From assembly GCA_943355165.1 (NCBI GenBank), contig CALREK010000001.1, positions 1 through 27,579 of the forward strand: 27,579 bases of DNA, read 5' to 3'. Of the stretch, positions 17,964 to 26,534 are shown piece after piece. The number at the start of each line of letters is the position of its first letter. Within the stretch, counting starts at the first letter, position 1. This stretch comes from an uncultured Candidatus Saccharimonas sp. (lineage in GTDB: Bacteria; Patescibacteriota; Saccharimonadia; Saccharimonadales; AQU-01). The position numbers were made by a program, and so were the translations under genes. A model generated the notes under the pieces. The model worked only from the letters and a program-made list of their open reading frames with translations. It did no database searches and was not told where the DNA came from.

Positions 17964-17992
17964 ATTATAGACTGTCTGCCGAAAATCGACAA
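17964..17992 (-). promoter_or_regulatory. sigma70-type promoter TTGTCG-17-TATAAT, 7 nt before colD ATG
   Basis: Both hexamers present with a 17-nt spacer; no SD in the 7-nt gap. Confidence 0.65.
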
Positions 17993-18044
17993 CCAGCAGC
18001 ACACAATCTACAACTATATATACCAATAACTAATATTTTAGCGG

Positions 18045-18067
18045 TATAATGAACTAATCAAACAGGA
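18045..18067 (+). promoter_or_regulatory. TATAAT plus AGGA SD-like motif for the gtrB-like gene
   Basis: TATAAT 18045-18050; AGGA 18064-18067, 7 nt before ATG 18075. Confidence 0.5.
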
Positions 18068-18074
18068 AATCTAC

Positions 18075-19016
18075 ATGAACAATAGAATAATCAGTCTAGT
18101 CATACCCGTTCACAACGAACAAGACAACTTGCTCTGGCATCACGACAAAATAACTAATTTTTTAGACTCCACGGAGCAGCCTTTTGAAATTATATATGTA
18201 GATGACGGCAGCACAGATGATTCTCTCGCCCTACTCCGAAAGCTTCAAAAGAATAATCCAAAAACTGTGCACTATCTTTCGTTGTCGAGAAATTTCGGCA
18301 AAGAATCTGCAACAACAGCAGGCTTGGGTGTTGCTAAGGGGGATGCTGTCGTCGTTATGGATGCAGATGGACAGCACCCAATTGAGCTGGTCAAAACATT
18401 CATAGAACTATGGCATGCAGGAAACGATGTAGTCATTGGTGTTCGCACTTCAAATAAAAACGAAGGCGTTGTAAAGAAGTATGGTTCAAAACTTTTCTAT
18501 GCAACCCTAAAATTTATTGGCGGCAAAGAAGTCGTAGCAGGTACAACCGATTTTAGACTTATAGATCAGACTGTAGTGGCTGAATTTAATAAATTTACTG
18601 AGCGTAATCGTGTTACACGCAACCTGGTTGATTGGCTAGGCTATAAAAGAGTTGAAGTTCCATTTGAGGCAGCCGAAAGGCACGCTGGCACTGCGGCCTA
18701 CTCGTTCCGTAAACTATTTAAACTCGCTATTAACGGCATAGTCTCACATTCAACGCGCCCCCTTAAACTAATAGCCCTGCTTGGTCTTATAATTTCTACG
18801 TTATCGGCCGGCTTAGGAATCGTTCTTACGATTGACAAGTACGGCTTTGGCGACCCGCTAGGTCTGTCGGTTACTGGCAGCGCGCTTCTAGCATTGTTTG
18901 TGAGTTTTCTCGTTGGTATCGTATTGGTTTGCCAAGGACTATTGGCGCTATACCTTGAAAGCGTATATTACGAAACTCAGAATCGACCGCTTTATGTTAT
19001 TAAGGAGCATAGGTAA
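18075..19016 (+). CDS. GtrB/CsbB-like polyprenol-phosphate glycosyltransferase (GT2)
   Basis: VIPVHNEQ, VDDGSTDDS, LSRNFGKESA, MDADGQHP, DFRLID, two C-terminal TM, RPLYVIK. Confidence 0.88.
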   Translation: MNNRIISLVIPVHNEQDNLLWHHDKITNFLDSTEQPFEIIYVDDGSTDDSLALLRKLQKNNPKTVHYLSLSRNFGKESATTAGLGVAKGDAVVVMDADGQHPIELVKTFIELWHAGNDVVIGVRTSNKNEGVVKKYGSKLFYATLKFIGGKEVVAGTTDFRLIDQTVVAEFNKFTERNRVTRNLVDWLGYKRVEVPFEAAERHAGTAAYSFRKLFKLAINGIVSHSTRPLKLIALLGLIISTLSAGLGIVLTIDKYGFGDPLGLSVTGSALLALFVSFLVGIVLVCQGLLALYLESVYYETQNRPLYVIKEHR

Positions 19017-20129
19017 GTGCACATAGTTTGGTTCTCGTGGAAGGACATAAATCACCCAGAAGCAGGTGGAGCCGAGGCCGTATCAGATCAAATACGAAAA
19101 AGACTGGTAAAAGATGGCCACAGCGTTACTCTTATCACTACAAAATACCCTGACTCAAAACACGAAGAAGTCGTTGACGGGGTTAAGGTTATTCGTACTG
19201 GCGGTAGATATACTGTTTACGTTCGTGCTAAAAGCGCTTATAGGATAATTGGCTCTGATGCAGACATAATTATCGACGAGATGAACACTATTCCATTCAC
19301 TCCTTTTCGTTATACCAAGAACATACCCGTAGTATTACTAACTTATCAGCTAGCCCGTTCGGTTTGGTTCTATCAACTGCCTCTTCCCTTGTCGTTAATT
19401 GGATACTTGGTTGAGCCAATCTACTTAAAAGTAATGTCAAAAAAGTACGAGACGATAATTACTGAGTCCAATAGCACAAAAAATGATTTAATAAAGTTCG
19501 GCTTTATTGCTGATAGGATCAAAGTTTTTCGAGTAGGAATAACTACTTTGCGCCCAATATCTTTGCCTTCGAAAAAATCTAACAATAATGTTCTCTTCCT
19601 AGGTTCATTACGACCCATGAAGCGACCTATCGACGCTATTAAGGCCTTTGAGTTTGCTAGAGATGCTCAGCCTAATCTAAGACTAGTAATAGCTGGGGGC
19701 GGAAAAGGTCCTTATGCGAACAAAGTCACCAAATACGCTAAGCAGTCCAGGCATTCCGCAGCTATAGATCTTAAGGGTAGAGTAGAAGAGGCGGAAAAGA
19801 GAATTTTATTGGAGGAGTCAGGAGTGATATTAGTTACCTCAATAAAAGAAGGCTGGGGCTTAATAGTAACTGAGGCTAACTGTCACGGGACACCGGCAAT
19901 TGTATACGACACAGATGGCTTAAGAGACAGCGTGCAAGACGATATTACTGGTAAGATTGTGAGCAATGGCGATCCCTTAAGTATGGGGCGGTCGCTAGTA
20001 AACCTAATTAACGACAAAGACGAGTACAATAAACTACGCCTTGAGGCCTATAATCAATCAAAACAGTACACATCTGACAACTCATACAACGATTTTGTGC
20101 AAGCAATCGGCATAAAGCTGAACAAATGA
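19017..20129 (+). CDS. GT4-family glycosyltransferase (WxD..HP..GGAE subtype)
   Basis: WKDINHPEAGGAE, GSLRPMKRP, KEGWGLIVTEANCHGTP; GTG start directly after upstream TAA. Confidence 0.85.
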   Translation: MHIVWFSWKDINHPEAGGAEAVSDQIRKRLVKDGHSVTLITTKYPDSKHEEVVDGVKVIRTGGRYTVYVRAKSAYRIIGSDADIIIDEMNTIPFTPFRYTKNIPVVLLTYQLARSVWFYQLPLPLSLIGYLVEPIYLKVMSKKYETIITESNSTKNDLIKFGFIADRIKVFRVGITTLRPISLPSKKSNNNVLFLGSLRPMKRPIDAIKAFEFARDAQPNLRLVIAGGGKGPYANKVTKYAKQSRHSAAIDLKGRVEEAEKRILLEESGVILVTSIKEGWGLIVTEANCHGTPAIVYDTDGLRDSVQDDITGKIVSNGDPLSMGRSLVNLINDKDEYNKLRLEAYNQSKQYTSDNSYNDFVQAIGIKLNK

Positions 20130-20148
20130 CAACCAAGCTAATTACTTT

Positions 20149-20157
20149 TGATATAAT
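20149..20157 (+). promoter_or_regulatory. Extended -10 (TGA-TATAAT), 8 nt before ATG 20166
   Basis: Perfect TGnTATAAT in a 36-nt gap between co-oriented genes. Confidence 0.6.
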
Positions 20158-20165
20158 ATTGTGTA

Positions 20166-21341
20166 ATGGCTGATATGACCAAAAAAATAATTCGCGTATT
20201 TATTGATGCCGACGTGATCTGCTTGGATCACTTTAGTGGCATTGGCCACTACACCGCATCCTTGCTAAAAGATATTGACTCCCTGCTAGAGAACGATAAA
20301 TACAAACATATCAAAATAACACTTGGCGCCCCACGACGCTCATTTCACAGACTAGAATCTTACGGTTTTAATAATTTTAAACTCAAAAAAATGCCTACCT
20401 CCCACAGAATTACTAATGGTCTCAGAAAACGAGATTTATTACCTCCAATAGATTTAATCTTTGGTAAGCAGATTTATGTATTCCCCAACTATAGTTCTTG
20501 GCCAACTACTGGTAGTCCTGTAGTTCCAATAGTATATGATTTGTCTTATGTGCTGCATCCTGAATTCGCTGACGACAACAATAGAATATTTCTAGAAAAA
20601 CAAGTTCGTTTGTCAGCCAAAAGAGCTACCAGAATTATTACCATTTCAAAAAACAGCAAAAAAGAAATTAGCGAGTATTACAAATACGAGTCTGAAAAAA
20701 TTGAAATATTATACCCAATAATTGACAAGAGAGTCTTCTATAAAAGAAGTGAGCGTGAAATCAAGAAAGTCATGGCTAGGTACGGAATTTTCGATAAGTG
20801 TATCCTTTTCGTAGGCAATATAGAGCCAAGAAAAAATCTAATATCATTACTGAGGGCCTACGAGAAAATAGACCCTGAACTCCAAAAAAAGTATCCATTG
20901 CTGCTAGTTGGCGCTAAGGGATGGAAGGATGAAGAAATTCACGATCATATAGAGACCATGCGTGCAAAAGACATTAAAATAATTCAACCATCGGACTATG
21001 TCAGCGACCAAGATATGCCCGCCCTAATTAGCGGTGCAAAGATTTTTACGTACATTAGTAAGTATGAGGGCTTCGGCATACCGCCAGTAGAAGCGATGTT
21101 TTGCGGAACGCCAGTAATATCAAGTAACAACTCGTCTCTACCCGAAGCAACAGGTAACGCCGCGCTTATGGTTGATGCTGATAGTATTAGCGAAATAACA
21201 AAAGCCATAGAGAGCCTGTTAACAAACGATGCATTGAGGCATGAATTAACAATGAAGGGTTATGAGCACATAAAGAAACCTATGTTCGCGGCAGGACAAA
21301 GTGGAGAAAAGTTCTTAAAATTGATTGAAAGCATAAAATGA
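20166..21341 (+). CDS. GT4-family glycosyltransferase, mannosyl/rhamnosyltransferase-like (WbpY/WbdB type)
   Basis: SGIGHYT, VYDLSY, ISKNSK, VGNIEPRKNL, SKYEGFGIPPVEAMFCGTPVISSNNSSLPE. Confidence 0.88.
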   Translation: MADMTKKIIRVFIDADVICLDHFSGIGHYTASLLKDIDSLLENDKYKHIKITLGAPRRSFHRLESYGFNNFKLKKMPTSHRITNGLRKRDLLPPIDLIFGKQIYVFPNYSSWPTTGSPVVPIVYDLSYVLHPEFADDNNRIFLEKQVRLSAKRATRIITISKNSKKEISEYYKYESEKIEILYPIIDKRVFYKRSEREIKKVMARYGIFDKCILFVGNIEPRKNLISLLRAYEKIDPELQKKYPLLLVGAKGWKDEEIHDHIETMRAKDIKIIQPSDYVSDQDMPALISGAKIFTYISKYEGFGIPPVEAMFCGTPVISSNNSSLPEATGNAALMVDADSISEITKAIESLLTNDALRHELTMKGYEHIKKPMFAAGQSGEKFLKLIESIK

Positions 21342-22342
21342 CAAAAAATAGAAAATCAGCAAAAGAAATACTGAATAAAATCCCAGTCATTGGCTATTCA
21401 GGCAGGCTGACAATGAACAATCTAAAACTACCAATACACATAAATAGAATCAACCAACACATACACAGCCAGGCAGTAAAAACCTCTAATCTTAACAACA
21501 AGATCATCCAAACCAACGAACAAATTATTGAACTTAAGGAGATCAATCACATCTTAATGTCTGAACTTTCTAAAGTAAGAAAATCTATTAATAACCTAGA
21601 ACAATATTCACTTCAAAACGCAAATACAAAAATCGCTCCATCTATCTCACAAGCATCAAATAATAAGCCGGCATTACTAGCTGATAACCACGATTTAGAC
21701 GACTTTTACATAAAATTCGAAAATGAGTTTAGGGGCAGTGAGATTGACATACTTAACCGTCTTAACGTGTACAGTCCATATTTTAATAAAATACGCGCAC
21801 AAAACAGCAAACATCCCGTTCTCGACATAGGCTGCGGAAGAGGAGAGTTTTTGCAGTTCATGAAAAATAATAAATATGACGCAGTAGGCCTAGACCTTAA
21901 TAAGTCGATGGTTGAGTCATCTAAACTAAAGGGCTTCAAGGTCATAGAAGACAATGCTATAACATTCCTAGCAAAAGAAAAAGAACGCAGCTATAGCGCC
22001 ATTACGGGCTTTCATTTAGTAGAACATATTCAATTCGCCGACCTAATCGAACTTCTTCAGAATTGCTACAAAGCACTTGCGGTTGATGGCTTTGCTCTTT
22101 TTGAAACACCTAATCCTGAAAACTTAAGTGTTGGCGCGTTTAGCTTCTATTACGACCCTTCCCATTTACGACCTATACCACCAAAATTCTTGAAGTTCTG
22201 CTTTAATTACGTAGGCTTTCGAGATATAAAAATCATACGGCTTCATCCAGCGCTTGAAAAAATATATAAAGACGAAATAATTAATGGCGTGGTCAAAAAA
22301 CTTTACGGACCTCAAGATTACGCTGTTATAGGCTATAAATAG
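21338..22342 (+). CDS. Class I SAM-dependent methyltransferase with N-terminal coiled coil
   Basis: FENEFRGSE, LDIGCGRGEFL, GLDLNKSMV, ITGFHLVEH, ETPNPEN, YDPSHLRP; heptad-like N/Q/E/K-rich aa about 33-93; ATGA overlap with upstream GT4. Confidence 0.85.
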   Translation: MTKNRKSAKEILNKIPVIGYSGRLTMNNLKLPIHINRINQHIHSQAVKTSNLNNKIIQTNEQIIELKEINHILMSELSKVRKSINNLEQYSLQNANTKIAPSISQASNNKPALLADNHDLDDFYIKFENEFRGSEIDILNRLNVYSPYFNKIRAQNSKHPVLDIGCGRGEFLQFMKNNKYDAVGLDLNKSMVESSKLKGFKVIEDNAITFLAKEKERSYSAITGFHLVEHIQFADLIELLQNCYKALAVDGFALFETPNPENLSVGAFSFYYDPSHLRPIPPKFLKFCFNYVGFRDIKIIRLHPALEKIYKDEIINGVVKKLYGPQDYAVIGYK

Positions 22343-22351
22343 TCGTCGTTA

Positions 22352-23551
22352 TTATTTAGATTTACTAATTGTAATTTCGAATCCTGGATATATTGAATAA
22401 GGCACATGTCGAGCCCTACTAACATTAAACTTGACTGCCTCATCCCACCAATCAGCTACAGTCACAGCGTCAGCATGAAGAATCGCTAAATCTACAGTGT
22501 AGTTACCCTCGCTTAATATATTCGGAAACTTCCAGACTATTGAAGCCTGGCTACCACTAATCAATATTGGAAGCTTTACGCCCTCTATCTTTGTGTTTGT
22601 GCCGGTTATCTCTTTGCCTGCCGAGTCACGAAGTCTGAAGCCCGCAACAAAACCCTTCAGTTCGTTATTAACTTTTATGTTCTGGTTAATGCTTATAGAG
22701 TCCATCTCGACCGCCATACTAATATCTTCACTGATTACCGAACCATCACCCCATCTGTTGCTGTTCTGGCTTTTTTTATTATCAAATTGCTGACTATTCT
22801 TTGAGAATAACTTTAGATATTTTTCAGCAATATTACTTGTAGATCCTATGTCGATTATTTTACTTTTTTCGATTAGCATCGCCCTGTCGCAATATTCTCG
22901 CACAGCCTCCATATCATGCGTAACCAAAATAACTGTCACCTTATCTTTTTTAAGCTTCTTGAAATAGTCGAAGCATTTACGTTGGAAATCCGCGTCTCCA
23001 ACTGCTAGTACCTCGTCGATAAGTAAAACATCAGCCTTGGCTCGTACAGCCATAGAAAAAGCTAGCCTAACCTGCATTCCTGATGAATAGTTTTTGAGCT
23101 TCTGGTCCATAAATGGCTCAAGCTCTGCAAAATCTACAATTTCATCATACTGTTCTGTTATTTCCTTTTTGCTAAAGCCTAGTAGGGCTCCGTTAAGAAA
23201 AACGTTCTCACGACCCGTAAGTTCCGGACTAAAGCCAACACCTAATTCAATAAAGGGCACTAATCGTCCAGAAATCTCTATCAAACCTTTGCTAGGCTGG
23301 TATATTCCAGCCAGCATTTTTAATAAGGTACTCTTGCCGCTACCATTGCGCCCAACAATTCCAAAAAATTCACCCTTTTTTACCTCAAAAGATATGTCAC
23401 TCAGCGCCTGCTGAACTTCATATGTGCGCCTTTTGCGAATATAGCCAATAGCGTTAGTAAAAATATTCTTTATCGAGCTTACTTTTTCGTGCGGCAGCTT
23501 AAAGGTTTTCGACACGGCTCTGACTTGAATAGCATTTTCAATCTCTCCCAT
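22352..23551 (-). CDS. wzt: Polysaccharide ABC transporter ATP-binding subunit with C-terminal (Wzt_C-like) domain
   Basis: Walker A GRNGSGKST, signature YSSGMQVRLAF, Walker B LLIDEVLAVGD, about 140-aa beta-rich C-terminal extension starting RWGDG; start 23551 (or 23560) rather than 23614. Confidence 0.92.
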   Translation of the reverse strand: MGEIENAIQVRAVSKTFKLPHEKVSSIKNIFTNAIGYIRKRRTYEVQQALSDISFEVKKGEFFGIVGRNGSGKSTLLKMLAGIYQPSKGLIEISGRLVPFIELGVGFSPELTGRENVFLNGALLGFSKKEITEQYDEIVDFAELEPFMDQKLKNYSSGMQVRLAFSMAVRAKADVLLIDEVLAVGDADFQRKCFDYFKKLKKDKVTVILVTHDMEAVREYCDRAMLIEKSKIIDIGSTSNIAEKYLKLFSKNSQQFDNKKSQNSNRWGDGSVISEDISMAVEMDSISINQNIKVNNELKGFVAGFRLRDSAGKEITGTNTKIEGVKLPILISGSQASIVWKFPNILSEGNYTVDLAILHADAVTVADWWDEAVKFNVSRARHVPYSIYPGFEITISKSK

Positions 23552-23552
23552 G

Positions 23553-24365
23553 CTATACATTCTCCGCAAAATTTGGTGATTTTTTTCTAAAATATATTGC
23601 GGCAAACACGGCAAGAACTAGCACTATCATTATGGGTGCTACATAGGCCATTTTATTATGATAAACCGAGGCGATTGTTGCGGTCTTATTGGTTACTAGT
23701 CCGTACCTGGCGTCTTGGATTATTTGAGCAACTGGATTAATCATGATCAATTTTGCAACTATTGGACTTTTTTGAGTTACGTAAGAAAAAGCGTAAAGGA
23801 TTGGTGTCGCATAAAATGCCGCCTGAACGATTACTTCCCAGATATAGTTCAGGTCACGAAAAGTTACATACGCAGCACTCAAAATAAAGCTGACAGCTAA
23901 AGCAAATACGAATAATTCAGCAATTAGAAGAGGAAACAGTAAGGCGTAATGATTTGGCTCAGCCTTACCGAGCCACATGAATAATGACACGACCAGAAGA
24001 TTTAAGCTTAGATTTATGAGTGCGGAGAACGATCCGGCCAACACTATTACATATCTTGGGAAATTAACTTTTCTTAATATGTCTCCCTTGCCAACTATTG
24101 ATCCTACGCTACCGGTGGTAACTTCCACAAAATAATTCCACAAAATAATTCCAAGGAGAAGATACACACCAAAATGCGGGACATCTCCACCAGTCTTTAA
24201 GACAACCACAAATACGACGTATAAAATCATAAAAAGAAACAATGGGCGCAATAAAGTCCACAAATAACCTAGTACTGAGTTTTGGTACCTAAGTTTAAAG
24301 TCAGTCTTAATCAACTGCTTTAGTAGAATATATGAATATCGATAACGGTTCTTTAGTTTTTCCAC
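23553..24365 (-). CDS. wzm: Polysaccharide ABC transporter permease
   Basis: DFKLRYQNSVLGYLWTLLRPL, about 6 TM, FRDLNYIW, FYATPILY, INPVAQII; GTG start. Confidence 0.92.
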   Translation of the reverse strand: MEKLKNRYRYSYILLKQLIKTDFKLRYQNSVLGYLWTLLRPLFLFMILYVVFVVVLKTGGDVPHFGVYLLLGIILWNYFVEVTTGSVGSIVGKGDILRKVNFPRYVIVLAGSFSALINLSLNLLVVSLFMWLGKAEPNHYALLFPLLIAELFVFALAVSFILSAAYVTFRDLNYIWEVIVQAAFYATPILYAFSYVTQKSPIVAKLIMINPVAQIIQDARYGLVTNKTATIASVYHNKMAYVAPIMIVLVLAVFAAIYFRKKSPNFAENV

Positions 24366-24455
24366 GTCATCTTATTCTATAACTTATAGCACCTCACATC
24401 AATCAATTGTATTCTTGTTATTCCAGAAATGCCGATTGTCGTGTAGGCTAATATT

Positions 24456-25403
24456 ATGACAAAGAAAGTATTAGTGACCGGATTAAATGGATTTGTTGGC
24501 AAACACCTAGTACGAGAATTAGCACAATCTGGTTGCAAAATTGGCGGCATATCGCGAGAACCGGATGTGTCTCCAGAGATAAAAGACCTAGTCGACGAAT
24601 ATATAGTTTGTGACTTGGCTGATGCAAACGAGGTAAATAAACTTGATTTAAGTTCTTATGACGCGTTTATAAGCCTGGCTGGACTAGCTAATGTAGGCCA
24701 GTCCTTTGATCAATCAGACTTATACCAAAAAGTTAATGTTGCTGTTTTGACGAATATCTGCCAAAGACTCGTAGATCAAGGCAGCAAGGCGAGGGTCATA
24801 GCAGTCAGCACAGGCGCAGTATATGATGGAGAACAGGCTCTGCCCTTAAAAGAAGACTCGAAACTTATAATAAACGGTTCGCCCTATGCACTAAGCAAAA
24901 TAGCCATGGAGAAATCTCTGGACTCTTTCCGCAAAAATAAACAGATTGAGTGCATTGTAGTTAGACCCTTTAATCATATTGGCCCAGGGCAAGGCCAAGG
25001 ATTCTTGGTCCCAGATATGTATCACAGAATGGTTGAAGCTGTAGCTGGCAATGGTGTTTTAAGATCAGGCAACTTACATACTCGACGTGACTACACTGAT
25101 GTGCGTGACGTAGTTAGGGCCTACGTTTTGCTAGCGACAGCCGAAACAGACCTGTTGACGCAGCCAATATACAATGTTTGCAGTGGCGTGTCTCGCAGTG
25201 GCGAAGAAATTGTCGACGAACTCAGGCGCTTAATACCCGGTGCGGATAAAATCGAAATACTAGTCGATCCATCACTAGTGCGCCCAAATGATCCTTTGGA
25301 GCATCTAGGAGATAACTCCCACCTAATTAATGACACCGGTTGGAAGCCTCAGATCCCATTCGAACAGACTATAGCTGATTTCGTTAAATACTCTTCGCTC
25401 TAG
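24456..25403 (+). CDS. rmd: GDP-4-keto-6-deoxy-D-mannose reductase-like SDR (Rmd/Tld type)
   Basis: VTGLNGFVGKHL, STGAVY, SPYALSK, RPFNHIGPGQ, GNLHTRRDYTDVRDVVRAY, YNVCSG; lacks the GSSCIYP Cys of Fcl/ColC. Confidence 0.72.
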   Translation: MTKKVLVTGLNGFVGKHLVRELAQSGCKIGGISREPDVSPEIKDLVDEYIVCDLADANEVNKLDLSSYDAFISLAGLANVGQSFDQSDLYQKVNVAVLTNICQRLVDQGSKARVIAVSTGAVYDGEQALPLKEDSKLIINGSPYALSKIAMEKSLDSFRKNKQIECIVVRPFNHIGPGQGQGFLVPDMYHRMVEAVAGNGVLRSGNLHTRRDYTDVRDVVRAYVLLATAETDLLTQPIYNVCSGVSRSGEEIVDELRRLIPGADKIEILVDPSLVRPNDPLEHLGDNSHLINDTGWKPQIPFEQTIADFVKYSSL

Positions 25404-26382
25404 AGGACTCTATCGCTAAATCGTTGGAGACCATCATCTTTACTAAGCCGGGGAAGTCGACTTGGCGCTTCCATCCCAAAACTTTTTCGGCTTTTGATGG
25501 GTCACCCAATAAAACATCAACTTCGGCAGGGCGCATAAAGGCTGGATCCTGTCTGACATATGGCTTCCAGTCATCTAACCCGATTTCTTTGAAGGCTAGG
25601 TCTAAAAACTCTTCTATAGAATGAGTCTCGCCAGTTGCTAGCACAAAATCATCCGGTTTATCCTGCTGCAACATCAACCACATACCTTCAACATAATCGC
25701 CAGCATAGCCCCAGTCACGCTTTGGCGTTAAGTCTCCAAGCACAATTTCTTCCTGTAGTCCTAGCTTAATACGAGCTACGGCATTGCTGATTTTTCTGGT
25801 AACAAACTCAACGCCACGGTGAGGACCTTCGTGATTAAATAAAATTCCACATGATATAAACATGTCATAGCTCTCGCGGTAATTGCGCGAAATCCAATGA
25901 CCATAAAGCTTGGCCACCCCATACGGGCTTCTCGGATGAAAAGGCGACTCTTCAGTATAGCCAGTTGCTGGTCGATTATACTCAAGCCCGCCATACATTT
26001 CTGAAGTAGATGCTTGATAAATTCGCATAGTCTTTTCGCCGCCAACAATTCTTACCGCTTCAAGCAAGTTAAGAACACCCTTTGCCGTAACGTCAGATGT
26101 TAAAATCGGTTCCTTGAATGAACCACCCACGAAGCTCCAAGCACCTAAGTTATATATTTCATCAGGCTTAGAGATTTGCAGCGCCTTCACTAGAGACGAA
26201 ATATCTGTCAAATCGCCTTCAATCAACTCAACTTTCGGAAAGCTAGCCTCAACTACTGAGCGTTTAGGATTATGCTGTCCCCTAATTAATCCATATACTT
26301 GGTAATTTTTTGATAACAACAATTCAGCAAGATGAAAGCCATCCTGACCGGTAATTCCTGTGATAAGTGCCCTCTTTGCCAT
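25384..26382 (-). CDS. gmd: GDP-mannose 4,6-dehydratase
   Basis: ALITGITGQDG, QASTSEMYG, PRSPYGVAKLYGHW, GILFNHEGP, EFVTRKI, KRDWGYAGDYVEGMW, RPAEVDVLLGD; AAGGAG 5 nt upstream. Confidence 0.95.
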   Translation of the reverse strand: MAKRALITGITGQDGFHLAELLLSKNYQVYGLIRGQHNPKRSVVEASFPKVELIEGDLTDISSLVKALQISKPDEIYNLGAWSFVGGSFKEPILTSDVTAKGVLNLLEAVRIVGGEKTMRIYQASTSEMYGGLEYNRPATGYTEESPFHPRSPYGVAKLYGHWISRNYRESYDMFISCGILFNHEGPHRGVEFVTRKISNAVARIKLGLQEEIVLGDLTPKRDWGYAGDYVEGMWLMLQQDKPDDFVLATGETHSIEEFLDLAFKEIGLDDWKPYVRQDPAFMRPAEVDVLLGDPSKAEKVLGWKRQVDFPGLVKMMVSNDLAIESSRAKSI

Positions 26383-26387
26383 TACTT

Positions 26388-26393
26388 CTCCTT
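26388..26393 (-). promoter_or_regulatory. Shine-Dalgarno AAGGAG for gmd
   Basis: 5 nt upstream of ATG 26382. Confidence 0.6.
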
Positions 26394-26534
26394 AATCTAA
26401 TAGCTGTTATTTTAACAGATATCAACGTATAGTTTAAGAGGTCAATAGAAATAGTTTCGGAACGCAGGCTACTAAAAGTACATTTTATTTAATTGTTTAC
26501 GTGATTTACTAATTTAATATTCGAGTACACACTT

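Noticed and set aside
21421-21660. Local low-GC stretches (spot counts of 25-27% in some 60-nt lines versus about 45% in galE) as an HGT signature
   Set aside because: Explained by N/K/I-rich coiled-coil and TM coding; no integrase, IS, tRNA or direct-repeat boundary seen; a proper sliding-window analysis was not run
178-26305. Numerous 60-106 aa ORFs in the track (e.g. 1262, 6133, 9707, 11037, 14426, 23094, 25776)
   Set aside because: All lie within or antisense to well-supported CDS, with no motifs or independent initiation signals
26404-26418. CTGTTA-TTT-TAACAG hairpin in the gmd upstream region
   Set aside because: Short AT-rich stem likely by chance; no second copy found
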